Source of the DNA: an uncultured Rikenellaceae bacterium
GTDB taxonomy: Bacteria > Bacteroidota > Bacteroidia > Bacteroidales > Rikenellaceae
Length of the DNA: 39,813 bases
NCBI GenBank assembly: GCA_947038135.1
Contig: CAMQVM010000001.1
Location: 1 to 39,813, forward strand
Direction: 5' to 3'
This document shows, piece after piece, positions 9,314 through 19,254 of this stretch; positions within the stretch are counted from its first letter, which is position 1; each line of letters opens with the position of its first letter. The notes below the pieces were generated by a model. The model had not been told where the DNA came from and made no database searches. It worked only from the letters and a program-made list of their open reading frames with translations. The position numbers were made by a program, and so were the translations under genes.

Positions 9314-10957
9314 ATGAATGAAATTATAAGTATATTGATAGGCGTAGGGGGCGCATTGTTGTTTGAACAAAACAAATTATTGTTTGCATTTGGCGTACTG
9401 CTACTTACTGCAATACTGGTGTTATTTGATATCACTGGTGTTTTATTTTTGCTTGCAATATTTTGCATATCTGCTTTTTTCACTCTGTTTATAAAATCTT
9501 ACTTGATGGGTAAGAGATTCACAAAAACACCTGAGGAGCGTTTAGAAGCCTCAAAATATCAAGTAGAGATACCTGTAAAAGGTGGCAGTAATGTGTATAT
9601 TAAAAATCTCAGACAAGGCATTGTTGGTTATGGAGCTTCGGGAAGTGGAAAATCAGAATCATTAGGATGTACACTTTTGGAGCACTTTAATAAGTATAAT
9701 TTTGCGCTAGTATTATATGACCACAAAAATTTTGAGCTAACTCAATTTGCATATAATATCTATAGAAATAATACTAATGTATCATTTCACAGTTTCGCAA
9801 TTCAATCTCCTGAACATTCGGTGCGGTTAAACCCACTCGACCCTTTATATATCAAAGATGAAGCTTCTCTTAATGCCATTCTTAATGGTATCATAATAGG
9901 ATTTACTGGAAAAGAACCTACCGATGACACATCTAGGTACTTTCATAATGGTGCATTAAGTTTGCTAGCTGGCGTAACTTGGCGGTTAAAAACAGAGTTT
10001 CCCGACAAATGCAACTTACCTTATCTCGCTGCATTTATTCTCATGGCTGACCACGACGGTATAGAATATGATGCTAAAGGCAATGAATATAAGATACCTC
10101 TGCAACTACTTAAAGAATTTATAGAGGTAGATGATAGAGCTTCAATGCTAGCTAGTGTTTTTATGAAAATAAGTAACCCTAAAGAGCAAAGCTCATTGCT
10201 TGGTACTGTCGCATCTTATATGCGTACGATCTCTGACCCTGCGGTATTCTACCTGCTAAGTGCTAATGATTTTTTTCTTGACATAAATAAGAAAAACAAT
10301 AGAAAAGTATTATCATTAATTAATACTACTGGAACGCTAGGAAGTGTAATAACTCCTATCATATCTATGGTTGTGGAAACTATTTTTCAGAAAATTTCAG
10401 AATCATCAAATGAAGATGATATAGCATTTGTTCTTGATGAAGCGCCTCGACTACGAGCACAAAACTTAGGCGCACGAGTATCTACATTACGTGCCTTAGG
10501 AGTATCGTTTGTTTACTTGATGCAAGATAGAGTGCAGGCGAAAGTTGCAACAGATGGCAAGGAATATCTGATAGATGAAGTACTGGCTAACCTATCTACT
10601 AAATTTCTAGGCAAAGCCAATGACCCAAAAAGTGCTAAGAACTATGAGGGTTATTTCGAGGAGATAAAAGAAACACAAAAATCTATAACATCAGGCGGTT
10701 TTTTCTCGAAAGGTGGCAATAGAACTACCACATCTAAGAAAGATAGGCGTGAGGTAAAAGACTATGAATTTCAAAGGTTAAAACCTGGGGTGTTCTATTT
10801 TTTGTCAAATGAAGTTTCAAAAAAAATCACTTTTGCATACAACAAAATTAAGCATGACAAGGTGATGCCTCCGAAAGTTAGAAACATAACAATCGAAGAA
10901 TTAGAAGCAAACTATTTGCACATAATAAATGATGCAAAAACTTGCTTCTACAATTAA
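9314..10957 (+). CDS. Type IV coupling protein (TraG/TraD/VirD4 family), 547 aa
   Basis: Two N-terminal TM helices. Walker A GASGSGKSES. Walker-B-like FVLDEAPRL. Located at the head of the tra cluster. Confidence 0.85.
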   Translation: MNEIISILIGVGGALLFEQNKLLFAFGVLLLTAILVLFDITGVLFLLAIFCISAFFTLFIKSYLMGKRFTKTPEERLEASKYQVEIPVKGGSNVYIKNLRQGIVGYGASGSGKSESLGCTLLEHFNKYNFALVLYDHKNFELTQFAYNIYRNNTNVSFHSFAIQSPEHSVRLNPLDPLYIKDEASLNAILNGIIIGFTGKEPTDDTSRYFHNGALSLLAGVTWRLKTEFPDKCNLPYLAAFILMADHDGIEYDAKGNEYKIPLQLLKEFIEVDDRASMLASVFMKISNPKEQSSLLGTVASYMRTISDPAVFYLLSANDFFLDINKKNNRKVLSLINTTGTLGSVITPIISMVVETIFQKISESSNEDDIAFVLDEAPRLRAQNLGARVSTLRALGVSFVYLMQDRVQAKVATDGKEYLIDEVLANLSTKFLGKANDPKSAKNYEGYFEEIKETQKSITSGGFFSKGGNRTTTSKKDRREVKDYEFQRLKPGVFYFLSNEVSKKITFAYNKIKHDKVMPPKVRNITIEELEANYLHIINDAKTCFYN

Positions 10958-10965
10958 TTAAAACT

Positions 10966-11085
10966 ATGAAAATATCAAATTCAACAGAGCAAAAGATTAT
11001 GATGGTATTCATGTCACTAATAGCATTTATCTCTATTATGTGCTGCCTTGGTATATTTTGCTATTGTCTAATCACTTACAACTAA
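10966..11085 (+). CDS. Small hydrophobic protein (39 aa), possibly traD-like
   Basis: ATG ORF MKISNSTEQKIMMVFMSLIAFISIMCCLGIFCYCLITYN with a single TM segment, fitting the gap between the coupling-protein gene and traE. Below the ORF-track size cutoff. Confidence 0.35.
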   Translation: MKISNSTEQKIMMVFMSLIAFISIMCCLGIFCYCLITYN

Positions 11086-11102
11086 TTATAAAAATTTAAA
11101 TT

Positions 11103-11393
11103 ATGAAAACGAACAAAAAAAGAATCTGCGCAATTGCAACAGCTGTAACATTACTACCTCTAACAACTTATGCTAATATATTTGGTAATAATATAGAATC
11201 TATCAATGATGATGTAATGGAGATATTACCTTATGTATTAGTTATAATATTTATTGTTGGCGCAGTGATGGGAATTGCCAAAATTGGAGATAAAGGAGTA
11301 GGGCATCTAGTGGGATATATGATAAGCTACATATTAATACTAAGCGTATTTTATTCTATTGTTAGCTATATACTAACAGGTTCATTTGTATAA
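11103..11393 (+). CDS. traE: Conjugative transfer protein TraE-like (VirB2-type pilin-like, DUF4134-like)
   Basis: 96 aa with a signal peptide and two hydrophobic helices. Lies immediately upstream of traF/traG, as in CTnDOT-type clusters. Confidence 0.6.
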   Translation: MKTNKKRICAIATAVTLLPLTTYANIFGNNIESINDDVMEILPYVLVIIFIVGAVMGIAKIGDKGVGHLVGYMISYILILSVFYSIVSYILTGSFV

Positions 11394-11394
11394 C

Positions 11395-11676
11395 ATGAAC
11401 GCTATTAAAACACATAAACATTTGCGCAGAAAAGTCAGCTATTGGGGCTTGTCGGGTATATCCTTTATAATACTTGCTACTGTGTTTACAACAGGTGCTT
11501 TTTTACTCACTTTTACTGGATTCAGCAAGTTCAATTTAACTATATACCTAATAGCATTATTAGGTATATACACAACCCTTATGCTCGTAAAAAGTGACCT
11601 TATCGAAAATTACTATTTAAACAAAATCAAATTACCAACTAAAATTACAACCAATGCACGAGAACGATACAAGTAG
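11395..11676 (+). CDS. traF: Conjugative transfer protein TraF-like (VirB3-like, DUF4133-like)
   Basis: About 93 aa counted from the ATG at 11395 (the track ORF starts at a TTG at 11386). Two TM helices. Overlaps the traG start. Confidence 0.6.
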   Translation: MNAIKTHKHLRRKVSYWGLSGISFIILATVFTTGAFLLTFTGFSKFNLTIYLIALLGIYTTLMLVKSDLIENYYLNKIKLPTKITTNARERYK

Positions 11677-14164
11677 CTTTATCTTATCTCTATCTAACAA
11701 TGAAATTTGTTCAGCAAATGGGGATTATATTTTGGGGTATAAAATAAATTACCCCTCCAAACATACGCAAACAAAAGAAGACTTTGAGGAGTTAAACAAA
11801 TGCTGGGTAGATGTGTGTACACATCTACCAACTGGCACAATAGTTTTGAAATCTGATCTATACGAATTGAAAGAGTACGACTCTTCAAGCATGCAGGGCG
11901 GTGAGTTTCTTGATGTTGCAATGGCAAAACATTTTGAAGACCGTAAGTATATAGAGCATATAGGGTTTATATTCTTCATTGAGCCATCAAAACAGCAGTT
12001 TTCTAAGTCTATTCAGAATCCTTTTAACTTAATTAAGTTAGATGACAATTCTAGTGATCGAGAGGAGTTTAATAACGCTGTGGCAGAAGCTGCTGCACTA
12101 TTTCCTAAATCTCACAAACTGGAGGTGATGACAGAAGTAGAGTTTGACAACTACCAAAAATTTTACTTCAATGGGTTGCAGAAATCTCATTACACTGATA
12201 GCACCATCAATAAAGATAGTATCGAGGTTGACGATAAACAACTTGGTGTATTTGCTATTGTCAATGAGCAGAGCTTGCCCGATGAAACCAGCGTGTATAA
12301 AAAAGATAAGGGTTACAGCTCACTCGACAATGAGTATATATGTGGCTATATGGACGATTTTGGCACTGAGCTCAGGTGTTCTCATATACTCAACCAAATT
12401 ATAATTATCGACTCTCACCAAAGCCATATCAACAACATAAATACAACTATATCAAATTTAAAACATGCTGAATTGATATCTCCTGCTAACAAGATGAACA
12501 AGGAGCTATTAAGCGAGGTAATTGAGGAAGACACAAAATCATCTTCACTAAAATTTGTAAGAGGATCTATAAGTTTGATATTTGCAGGTAATACACCTAG
12601 CGAATTTAAAAGAATAAAATCTAACATTTCAGCGATTTTTAAAAGCAATGACATCAATGTAACCTATGCTAGAGGGGCTAGGCTGCAAGATATCTACCTT
12701 AACAGCTTTGTTACCAATGTAAGTAACCTATCGTCTTTTAACCTCTATATTGTTAATCTTCCTACTGCTATATCTTTATTTGTTTTGAACACAACATATA
12801 AAGATGATAAAGAGGGTGTGATACTTATGGATAGAGATAATACACCTACGGTATACGATTTTTGGGATACAAGCCATATCCGCAAAAATGAAAGAAACTT
12901 TGCAATTATTGCAGAACCTGGTTCGGGAAAATCTGTGGTGTGTCAATATCTTTTTTATCAGCTTCTGACTCGTCAAAATGTTAAAAATATTATTATTGAT
13001 GTGGGTAAGTCATATGAGCGATATGCACAAACTTTTGATAAAGAAAGGGTGCATATAATAAACTTTAAAGCAGATACGCCTATTGGTATCAATCCCTTTA
13101 GACTTTATGCGAATGATACCGACAAATTAGGTAAAATTGAATCTATTGAGCAGTTTGTTTGGGGAATCGTAAAGAGAAATGACAATCCTATTACAGGAGA
13201 AGAGAGCACCTCTATGCGTAATATAATTAATAGGTTTTATCAATCTGTAACAGAAACCAGCAAGCATAATTTTGAAGCTTTTTACAATTACATTGACAAC
13301 AATAAAGATACTATTCACAAAAAGGCAGGCATTGAGAATGAAGAGTATTTTAACGTATCTGAATTTTTGCATAATGGCGGTGAATTTTCGGGTAGTGGTA
13401 CTTATGCCCCAATGATAAGAGATATTGCAGGAGCTGAGGAAGATATAATATCGGCAATCGAGAAAAAGGATCTTGTGTTTATAGAGCTTGATGAGATAAA
13501 AGATAACCCTCTAATCCTTAACATTGCTATCATGGCTATAAAAGATACTATCCGTAGAGTTGTTTGGAAAGATCGCCTAACGAAAGCTATTGTGGTATTT
13601 GAGGAGTTTGCAAAATTGCTTGAGATAAGTAAAATTCGTAAATCAGTTGAATATTATATGCAGACAGCTCGAAAGTACCATGGGTCGATAGGTCTAGTGC
13701 TTCAAAATGTTAACCAGCTAACGTTTGAAACGCAGGGTACAATTGATAATATTGGAACTTTTGTCTTTCTCAAAGGTACTAAGATAGAATCAACAAGGCA
13801 GAAGCTTAACCTAAGCGACCATGTTGTCACTCAGCTTAAAAGTTTAAGTAATAATTTTGGTAACGAGGGTGATTATAAGTATTCAGAGGTGTTATTTTAT
13901 AACAATAATTCAATTTGTCAACCATATAGGATAGAGTTACCCTATGAGATGTTTTTAACATTTCAAACAGAGGGCGATTTATACGAGATTATAAATGCCC
14001 TATATGAGAGATATGGAACTATCAAAGCCGCTGTCGATACTTATATTAAGATGGAAAAGAGGAATCCTCATATAAGAGAGGAGATAAACAATAGCTTCAT
14101 AAAAGAAAAAGCTATAAATCCACTATGCACAATTAACGATATATTAACACTTAAATTACTTTAA
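11654..14164 (+). CDS. traG: T4SS ATPase TraG (VirB4 family), 836 aa
   Basis: Walker A AEPGSGKSV. Walker-B-like VVFEEFAKL. Size and position match Bacteroidetes TraG. Confidence 0.9.
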   Translation: MHENDTSSFILSLSNNEICSANGDYILGYKINYPSKHTQTKEDFEELNKCWVDVCTHLPTGTIVLKSDLYELKEYDSSSMQGGEFLDVAMAKHFEDRKYIEHIGFIFFIEPSKQQFSKSIQNPFNLIKLDDNSSDREEFNNAVAEAAALFPKSHKLEVMTEVEFDNYQKFYFNGLQKSHYTDSTINKDSIEVDDKQLGVFAIVNEQSLPDETSVYKKDKGYSSLDNEYICGYMDDFGTELRCSHILNQIIIIDSHQSHINNINTTISNLKHAELISPANKMNKELLSEVIEEDTKSSSLKFVRGSISLIFAGNTPSEFKRIKSNISAIFKSNDINVTYARGARLQDIYLNSFVTNVSNLSSFNLYIVNLPTAISLFVLNTTYKDDKEGVILMDRDNTPTVYDFWDTSHIRKNERNFAIIAEPGSGKSVVCQYLFYQLLTRQNVKNIIIDVGKSYERYAQTFDKERVHIINFKADTPIGINPFRLYANDTDKLGKIESIEQFVWGIVKRNDNPITGEESTSMRNIINRFYQSVTETSKHNFEAFYNYIDNNKDTIHKKAGIENEEYFNVSEFLHNGGEFSGSGTYAPMIRDIAGAEEDIISAIEKKDLVFIELDEIKDNPLILNIAIMAIKDTIRRVVWKDRLTKAIVVFEEFAKLLEISKIRKSVEYYMQTARKYHGSIGLVLQNVNQLTFETQGTIDNIGTFVFLKGTKIESTRQKLNLSDHVVTQLKSLSNNFGNEGDYKYSEVLFYNNNSICQPYRIELPYEMFLTFQTEGDLYEIINALYERYGTIKAAVDTYIKMEKRNPHIREEINNSFIKEKAINPLCTINDILTLKLL

Positions 14165-14165
14165 T

Positions 14166-14711
14166 ATGAAAACAATAATTTTGACACTAGTATTATTCGC
14201 CAGTGGTATAATGACAAATGCACAGGTGGTAGTCAATGACCCTGTTAATACAGCTCTCCTTAATTCTATATTGATCGAGTCCGCCACTTCATCTGCCTTA
14301 TCAGCTGACCATTTATCACTATTTAGCAAAATCTACCAAAAGGCTAGTAATGCGGTGAAAATCACATCATCTATTAACAGGATAATCACTCAGTCAAAGA
14401 GAACTTATCAGTCAATAAATAGAGTAGGAAAGCAGATTAAAAGCTTAGAAAACAAGGTATCTGCTAGGCAATTATCTCTTATAACTTCATCACTAGATAA
14501 TGGGCTAAGACAGTGCGAAAATTTAGTCGAAGACGTTTTGCAAATCCTATCTTCAGATGCCAGTGTCGGATTTAAGATGAGTGATTATGAGAGATATGAT
14601 ATTTTGCGAAAACGACTTGATGAACTTGATGATATTTTTGATGAAACAAATAAATTATCAAGAGAATTAAGCCAGTTAGATTCGAGTACACAGTTACTTA
14701 ATGAATTTTAA
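14166..14711 (+). CDS. Secreted coiled-coil protein, TraI-like (DUF4141-like)
   Basis: Signal peptide ending TNAQ, then VVVNDPVNTALLNSI, which resembles the TraI N-terminal VVTDPGNLAQ motif. Lies between traG and traJ. Confidence 0.45.
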   Translation: MKTIILTLVLFASGIMTNAQVVVNDPVNTALLNSILIESATSSALSADHLSLFSKIYQKASNAVKITSSINRIITQSKRTYQSINRVGKQIKSLENKVSARQLSLITSSLDNGLRQCENLVEDVLQILSSDASVGFKMSDYERYDILRKRLDELDDIFDETNKLSRELSQLDSSTQLLNEF

Positions 14712-14713
14712 AG

Positions 14714-15520
14714 ATGATTGAATTAGACACAATAACTAATATTTTCAACGAATTAACCAATAAGATTGGTTTTTTCAGCTCAGTAAGTTATGGCATTAAA
14801 ATACTAATGAGTATTTTTATCATTAGAAATTTTATTAATATATATCAGAACTCAATTAAACAAGGTGAGTTTGATTTTCAAGCGATACTTAGAGAGCTCT
14901 TTTATATCGCCCTAATTTTCTCTTTTCAACCGATTATCTCATCAGTAGATGCAATAGTGTCTGAGTATGGAAAATTAATGGTGGCGAGTATAGAGGGTAG
15001 TAGTAGTCCCTATGAAGATGCGTTATCAAATGCACTTAAAGATAGTTTTGGAGGGCTCGATGGTAGCGATGGAGTTATCGGATTATTGACTTCTATCAAT
15101 GATCTATACTCTGGTGTGATTATATACCCCATTGTTGCTATTCTACTCGGTATAGCATGGGTGATAAATACGGTGGTGCTTAATACATTTATTGTTGAGC
15201 GTGGTTTCTTGATGTTTCTCTTTAATCTTATACTACCAATCATTATAGGACTATCAGCAATTGATTCGCACAAGGAAGAAAAAAATGCAGACCTACACAG
15301 AATAATCCGTTACTATTGTGTAATAATACTTAGCGGTTACTGTTTTGTTGTAGCATCATTTGCTATGGATTATTTGTTTGTTGAGCTAACAGATTATGCA
15401 CCTGACTCTATAATTTCAAAACCTCTATCACTGCTAGTATATGCTGTGATATGTGTGTTTTCAAAAGTAAAACTATTTGGAAGCTCTATTCAATTATTGA
15501 ACAAAATGTTCGGAATTTAA
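14714..15520 (+). CDS. traJ: Polytopic membrane protein TraJ-like (VirB6-like)
   Basis: 268 aa with multiple TM helices, in the conserved position before traK. Confidence 0.6.
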   Translation: MIELDTITNIFNELTNKIGFFSSVSYGIKILMSIFIIRNFINIYQNSIKQGEFDFQAILRELFYIALIFSFQPIISSVDAIVSEYGKLMVASIEGSSSPYEDALSNALKDSFGGLDGSDGVIGLLTSINDLYSGVIIYPIVAILLGIAWVINTVVLNTFIVERGFLMFLFNLILPIIIGLSAIDSHKEEKNADLHRIIRYYCVIILSGYCFVVASFAMDYLFVELTDYAPDSIISKPLSLLVYAVICVFSKVKLFGSSIQLLNKMFGI

Positions 15521-15531
15521 AAAAACTTATT

Positions 15532-16149
15532 ATGCAAATAAATGACATCTCAAAATTTTTAATAAGAAACACTATTGTAGTATATGCAATGACTACGCTA
15601 GCAATTGTATCTAGTATTATGACTTACATAGCCTTTCAAAAATCATTAGAAGAGAGCAGAAAGTATATCTATGTATATCAAGCTGGCACTACTGGGGAGA
15701 TTGTGCCTATGCACGTCACCGCTCGAAGAGATAATCTAGAAATAGAATGTAAAGGGCATCTCGTAAATTTTGCTACCTTGTATTATGGAGCAAGCCATGA
15801 CAACTATGATATTAGCAAAGAGAAAGCAGTTTGGCTTGGTGATTTTCTTGAATTGTACAAAGCTAGTAGGCGAGTGAAATTAAAAGAGAGTATTATCACT
15901 TACGGAATAAAAAATGTTGCTTATATTCTACCTGAGAATTTTGTTATCACCAAAGTTTCAGATGACTTATTTAAGTTCAATATTATGATTAACCTCGATA
16001 CGAAAATTGGCAACTCTATCAAACGAAGCGTAATCGTAGCCAGTGGCGATATAGAAGTTGTTGAAAGAAATTTCCCTCACAATCCTCACGGATTATTCAT
16101 AAAAAACTATAATGAAGAACGAACTATTGAATTAACTGAAAATGAATAA
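15532..16149 (+). CDS. traK: TraK-like protein (VirB8-like)
   Basis: Start reassigned to the ATG at 15532 (MQINDISKF...), just after the traJ stop. One N-terminal TM helix, about 205 aa, in the conserved order. Confidence 0.6.
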   Translation: MQINDISKFLIRNTIVVYAMTTLAIVSSIMTYIAFQKSLEESRKYIYVYQAGTTGEIVPMHVTARRDNLEIECKGHLVNFATLYYGASHDNYDISKEKAVWLGDFLELYKASRRVKLKESIITYGIKNVAYILPENFVITKVSDDLFKFNIMINLDTKIGNSIKRSVIVASGDIEVVERNFPHNPHGLFIKNYNEERTIELTENE

Positions 16150-17212
16150 ATTATTTGAAACACTCGAAAAATTGGGGATATCCAAAACGATGTTTTGCTT
16201 CCTCGTCCTTGCACTGATTTTTTTAATTAGCGTAGGTATTTACCAATTTAACTCGTCCAGTGGTCCGAAAACCACTATCAAAAAAGAGTCACAAATACTT
16301 GATAGTCTATATAGTCAAGAGCATAAGTTATCTGTTTTTCACAAAAAAATAGAAATGTATGAGAATGCTTATCAAGAAGAGAACAAAGGAGCCGATGATA
16401 AAGCTATGCCAAACATCAATCGTATTACTTTATCAGGAGCAATTGAAGAGAAAAAGAAGCAAGATAAAATTGACAATTTAGAAAAACAAGAGTATAGCGA
16501 TCGTCTTGAAAGAATTTCTACAAATAACAATGCTTATAGCAGTAGAATCGATGAGATAGGCGCAAATAATCGTGTTACTCCTAGCAGAGTTGCAGCACCT
16601 AGTAATCCTCAATATGAAGAGCTAGAACGCAAGATTAACAGTAGAAACAATCAAGAGCAGAAGCAAGAGAAGACACCTGCTGCAGCTCCAGTTGCTGCAA
16701 ATAATTTAACTACCAATTTTGCTGCTTCATCTAACAATGCTAACAGCACAGGTAATCTTATTAAGGCTACAATTCACAAAACACAAGTAGTCAAAAATAA
16801 TCAACCTGTTGTAATTAGAACGACTGAAACTCTTAAAATAAACAACATATCTATACCTCGAAATTCTTTATTGATTGGTTTAAGCTCCTTTGGCGCAAAT
16901 CGTTTGCAAATTAAAATATCAACTATAAAGTATGCAAATAATCTCATACCTGTTAACATAACCATATACGGTAGTGATGGTATAGCTGGGTTACCAATTC
17001 AAAATAATGAGATAATACAAGAAGTAGGAAATGATGCAGTAGATGACGTAGTAAATGAAGTCGACAATGAACTAAGCCAATTAGGAATATTAGGTAAGGT
17101 TACTGGAGGTATTATCAAACAAGGCTCTCGCTTAACTGCCAATGCGGAGAACAAAGAGGTGAAATTAATAGACAATCAACAAATATTTATCAAAATCAAT
17201 AATAATAATTAA
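16142..17212 (+). CDS. traM: TraM-like protein (VirB10-like)
   Basis: N-terminal TM helix, Q/N/E-rich low-complexity linker, beta-rich C-terminus. Overlaps the traK stop and precedes traN. Confidence 0.6.
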   Translation: MNKLFETLEKLGISKTMFCFLVLALIFLISVGIYQFNSSSGPKTTIKKESQILDSLYSQEHKLSVFHKKIEMYENAYQEENKGADDKAMPNINRITLSGAIEEKKKQDKIDNLEKQEYSDRLERISTNNNAYSSRIDEIGANNRVTPSRVAAPSNPQYEELERKINSRNNQEQKQEKTPAAAPVAANNLTTNFAASSNNANSTGNLIKATIHKTQVVKNNQPVVIRTTETLKINNISIPRNSLLIGLSSFGANRLQIKISTIKYANNLIPVNITIYGSDGIAGLPIQNNEIIQEVGNDAVDDVVNEVDNELSQLGILGKVTGGIIKQGSRLTANAENKEVKLIDNQQIFIKINNNN

Positions 17213-17213
17213 A

Positions 17214-18059
17214 ATGAAAACAAAAATGAAAACACTTATGACATTAATACTAGTATTAGTAGTATCTACCTCTAGCGCACAATCTATCAAAGATTTAAGA
17301 TTAAAAAATGATAAGATAATGCAACTTGTATTTACAAATGATATATCTTCTGCTAAGATATCCCGACCCGATATAATAAATATATCCGTAGAGAAAAATG
17401 TTGCATACCTTATGCCTGTATTAGATTTTGAAAATAGCTGTAACCTTACAATCATTACAGATAGCTTATACTATGAATTTAATGTAAACTATGATTCTCT
17501 AGCATCTCAATTTACATACTTGATTACCGAGGACGAAGCAACATTTAATATTAAATATAAAGGGTCACTAAAGCGAGATATTGTTGCATCAACACCAGTT
17601 CCGACAATAGCAGTTCCAAAACACTCCTCAGAATTTACATCAATTATAAGAAGCGGTGGGTACTTATTCAATAACAATGTTGTTGTTAATGATGTATATT
17701 TATCGCTCAATGGTATATATACAAGAGAAGAATTTATATATATGTCTGTGACAATAGATAATGATTCAGATATAGATTACGATCTCGAGAATTTCACCTT
17801 TCTTATTTCGGCAAAAGAGAAAAAAACTATCACAACAGACGAATTTAATCAGGTTCAAATATTGGGTCAATCACGCAAACCTGCTGTGATCGCAAAAAAA
17901 TCATCCGCTAAAATTGTATTTGCATTGCAGAAATTTAACCTTAACAAAGATAAAGTACTTACTATTGATATGATTGAGAAGAATGGAGAGCGCAATATCA
18001 CTTTGACTGTTAAACCTCACACTATTGCAAAATCTCAATCTGTTAAACATGAAAATTAG
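17214..18059 (+). CDS. traN: TraN-like protein (VirB9-like, DUF4138-like)
   Basis: Signal peptide ending SSAQ, 281 aa, last gene of the traK-M-N string. Confidence 0.6.
   Translation: MKTKMKTLMTLILVLVVSTSSAQSIKDLRLKNDKIMQLVFTNDISSAKISRPDIINISVEKNVAYLMPVLDFENSCNLTIITDSLYYEFNVNYDSLASQFTYLITEDEATFNIKYKGSLKRDIVASTPVPTIAVPKHSSEFTSIIRSGGYLFNNNVVVNDVYLSLNGIYTREEFIYMSVTIDNDSDIDYDLENFTFLISAKEKKTITTDEFNQVQILGQSRKPAVIAKKSSAKIVFALQKFNLNKDKVLTIDMIEKNGERNITLTVKPHTIAKSQSVKHEN
17556..17578 (+). promoter_or_regulatory. Dispersed motif copy C (TATAAAGGGTCACTAAAGCGAGA), embedded in frame within traN
   Basis: Same 22/23-nt motif. Here it encodes YKGSLKRD. Confidence 0.25.
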
Positions 18060-18110
18060 ACCTACATTTAATACTAATACTAGTATTCTTTTGTCTATAT
18101 TAAAATTGAT

Positions 18111-18146
18111 AAAGAGGCTCTTTCAGAATTAAAAGCCTCTTTATTT
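18111..18146 (+). terminator. Intrinsic terminator after traN
   Basis: Stem AAAGAGGCT / AGCCTCTTT followed by a T-rich tail. Confidence 0.6.
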
Positions 18147-18199
18147 ACATAATATAACATTAAGTTTTTTGACAGAGAAAGATAATTACTAATAAAAAA

Positions 18200-18232
18200 A
18201 TAGGGGTAAAGCATAACGCTCGACCCCTATTT
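18200..18232. terminator. Bidirectional terminator hairpin
   Basis: Stem ATAGGGGT / ACCCCTAT flanked by A7 on the left and TT on the right. It serves the convergent minus-strand mob operon. Confidence 0.6.
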
Positions 18233-18254
18233 AATTGATTGAGGTTCGCACCTC

Positions 18255-18277
18255 TCTCGCTTTAGTTGCTACAAAGA
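18255..18277 (-). promoter_or_regulatory. Degenerate motif copy G (core CAACTAAAGCGAGA) overlapping a host-type TATCTTTG box (18272-18279, minus)
   Basis: The ACTAAAGCGAG core is shared with the other copies, but the upstream half diverges. Confidence 0.2.
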
Positions 18278-18316
18278 TAATACAACTATTTTAATTTGCA
18301 AATAATTACACTTTCT

Positions 18317-18640
18317 TTATTGCAAAAAATGACGAAGCCTTATGTAAATCTCTATAAGCTTACACCAATTAATTATCTTCATACTTACCGCTAGATTCTT
18401 TGCAGGTGCTATATCTTCTACACTTTTATCAAGAGAAACAGACTTTTTTTCTTCTAATTTAGTTACACTTGTTACTTCATTATAAGTATAACTTGTTACT
18501 TCATTATAAGTATAACGTGTAATACTTTTTTTAATATTATTCATAACATTTATTTCATTTATATATCTAACATTTCTTGTTAAATACTTGTCAAGCAATA
18601 TATAACATAAATTTGATTTATCCAAATTTAATTTTAACAA
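18317..18640 (-). CDS. Hypothetical protein (up to 107 aa) at the distal end of the mob operon
   Basis: ORF starts 5 nt after the M23 gene stop on the same strand. It contains a perfect 24-bp tandem duplication (18467-18514). No recognisable motif. Confidence 0.3.
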   Translation of the reverse strand: MLKLNLDKSNLCYILLDKYLTRNVRYINEINVMNNIKKSITRYTYNEVTSYTYNEVTSVTKLEEKKSVSLDKSVEDIAPAKNLAVSMKIINWCKLIEIYIRLRHFLQ

Positions 18641-18645
18641 GCCAT

Positions 18646-19254
18646 CTATTTTTGCATTTCAAACAGTAGCTCACAATAATCAAGAGGGTTGATAAATACA
18701 CCATTTTTCTTAATTCCATAGTGCACGTGTGGACCTGTACTATCTCCTGTGCTACCGCATAAACCTATCGGTTTTGAAATCTTGACAACTTCACCTGTAA
18801 CCACTAATATCTTAGATAGATGACCATATACTGTTTCAAAACCGCATATATGGCGAACTTTGACAAAATTACCTAATCTTCTATCATACCCTTGACTAGT
18901 CACCTTACCATCTGCTGACACTACAACTGTATCACCATGGCTCAATGGCAGATCTATGCCATTATGATGCTTAACATTACCATGTATCGGATGAACTCGG
19001 CGACCATAATGTGAACTAACACGTAACTGGTGGTAAACAAAAGTAGGAGGTATACAAGGTATTTGATAGATTAAATCACTCTCCCACTCTATTAATTTCA
19101 ATAGTGATATAATACTATCACTACTATTCATTGATGTTATTAGCGCCTTGATATCCCGCTCTATTTTTTCATCATTGCTGATAGTAGCATTAGATGAACA
19201 TACAGCAATAACGATTATCATAACTAAGACTTTACATTTCATTTGTATTTTCAT
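18646..19254 (-). CDS. M23-family metallopeptidase (peptidoglycan hydrolase) with signal peptide
   Basis: Motifs HNGIDLP and GSTGDSTGPHVHYGIKKNG (HxxxD / HxH of M23). Overlaps the relaxase stop. Confidence 0.85.
   Translation of the reverse strand: MKIQMKCKVLVMIIVIAVCSSNATISNDEKIERDIKALITSMNSSDSIISLLKLIEWESDLIYQIPCIPPTFVYHQLRVSSHYGRRVHPIHGNVKHHNGIDLPLSHGDTVVVSADGKVTSQGYDRRLGNFVKVRHICGFETVYGHLSKILVVTGEVVKISKPIGLCGSTGDSTGPHVHYGIKKNGVFINPLDYCELLFEMQK

Noticed and set aside
15451-15531. N-terminal extensions proposed by the ORF track (traK from 15451; mob accessory from 26012; higA-1 from 34314; higB from 34591 and 36773; Phd-like from a TTG at 37492; traF from a TTG at 11386)
   Set aside because: These extensions overlap upstream genes or promoters. 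Paralogue comparison and internal ATGs just after upstream stop codons give more plausible starts.
9295-17710. Antisense or off-frame ORFs within the tra genes (9295-9483, 11694-11927, 11749-11979, 12144-12404, 12415-12657, 12776-12976, 13127-13372, 15010-15273, 17165-17455, 17507-17710)
   Set aside because: They are nested in recognisable T4SS genes with motifs, and none has features of its own.
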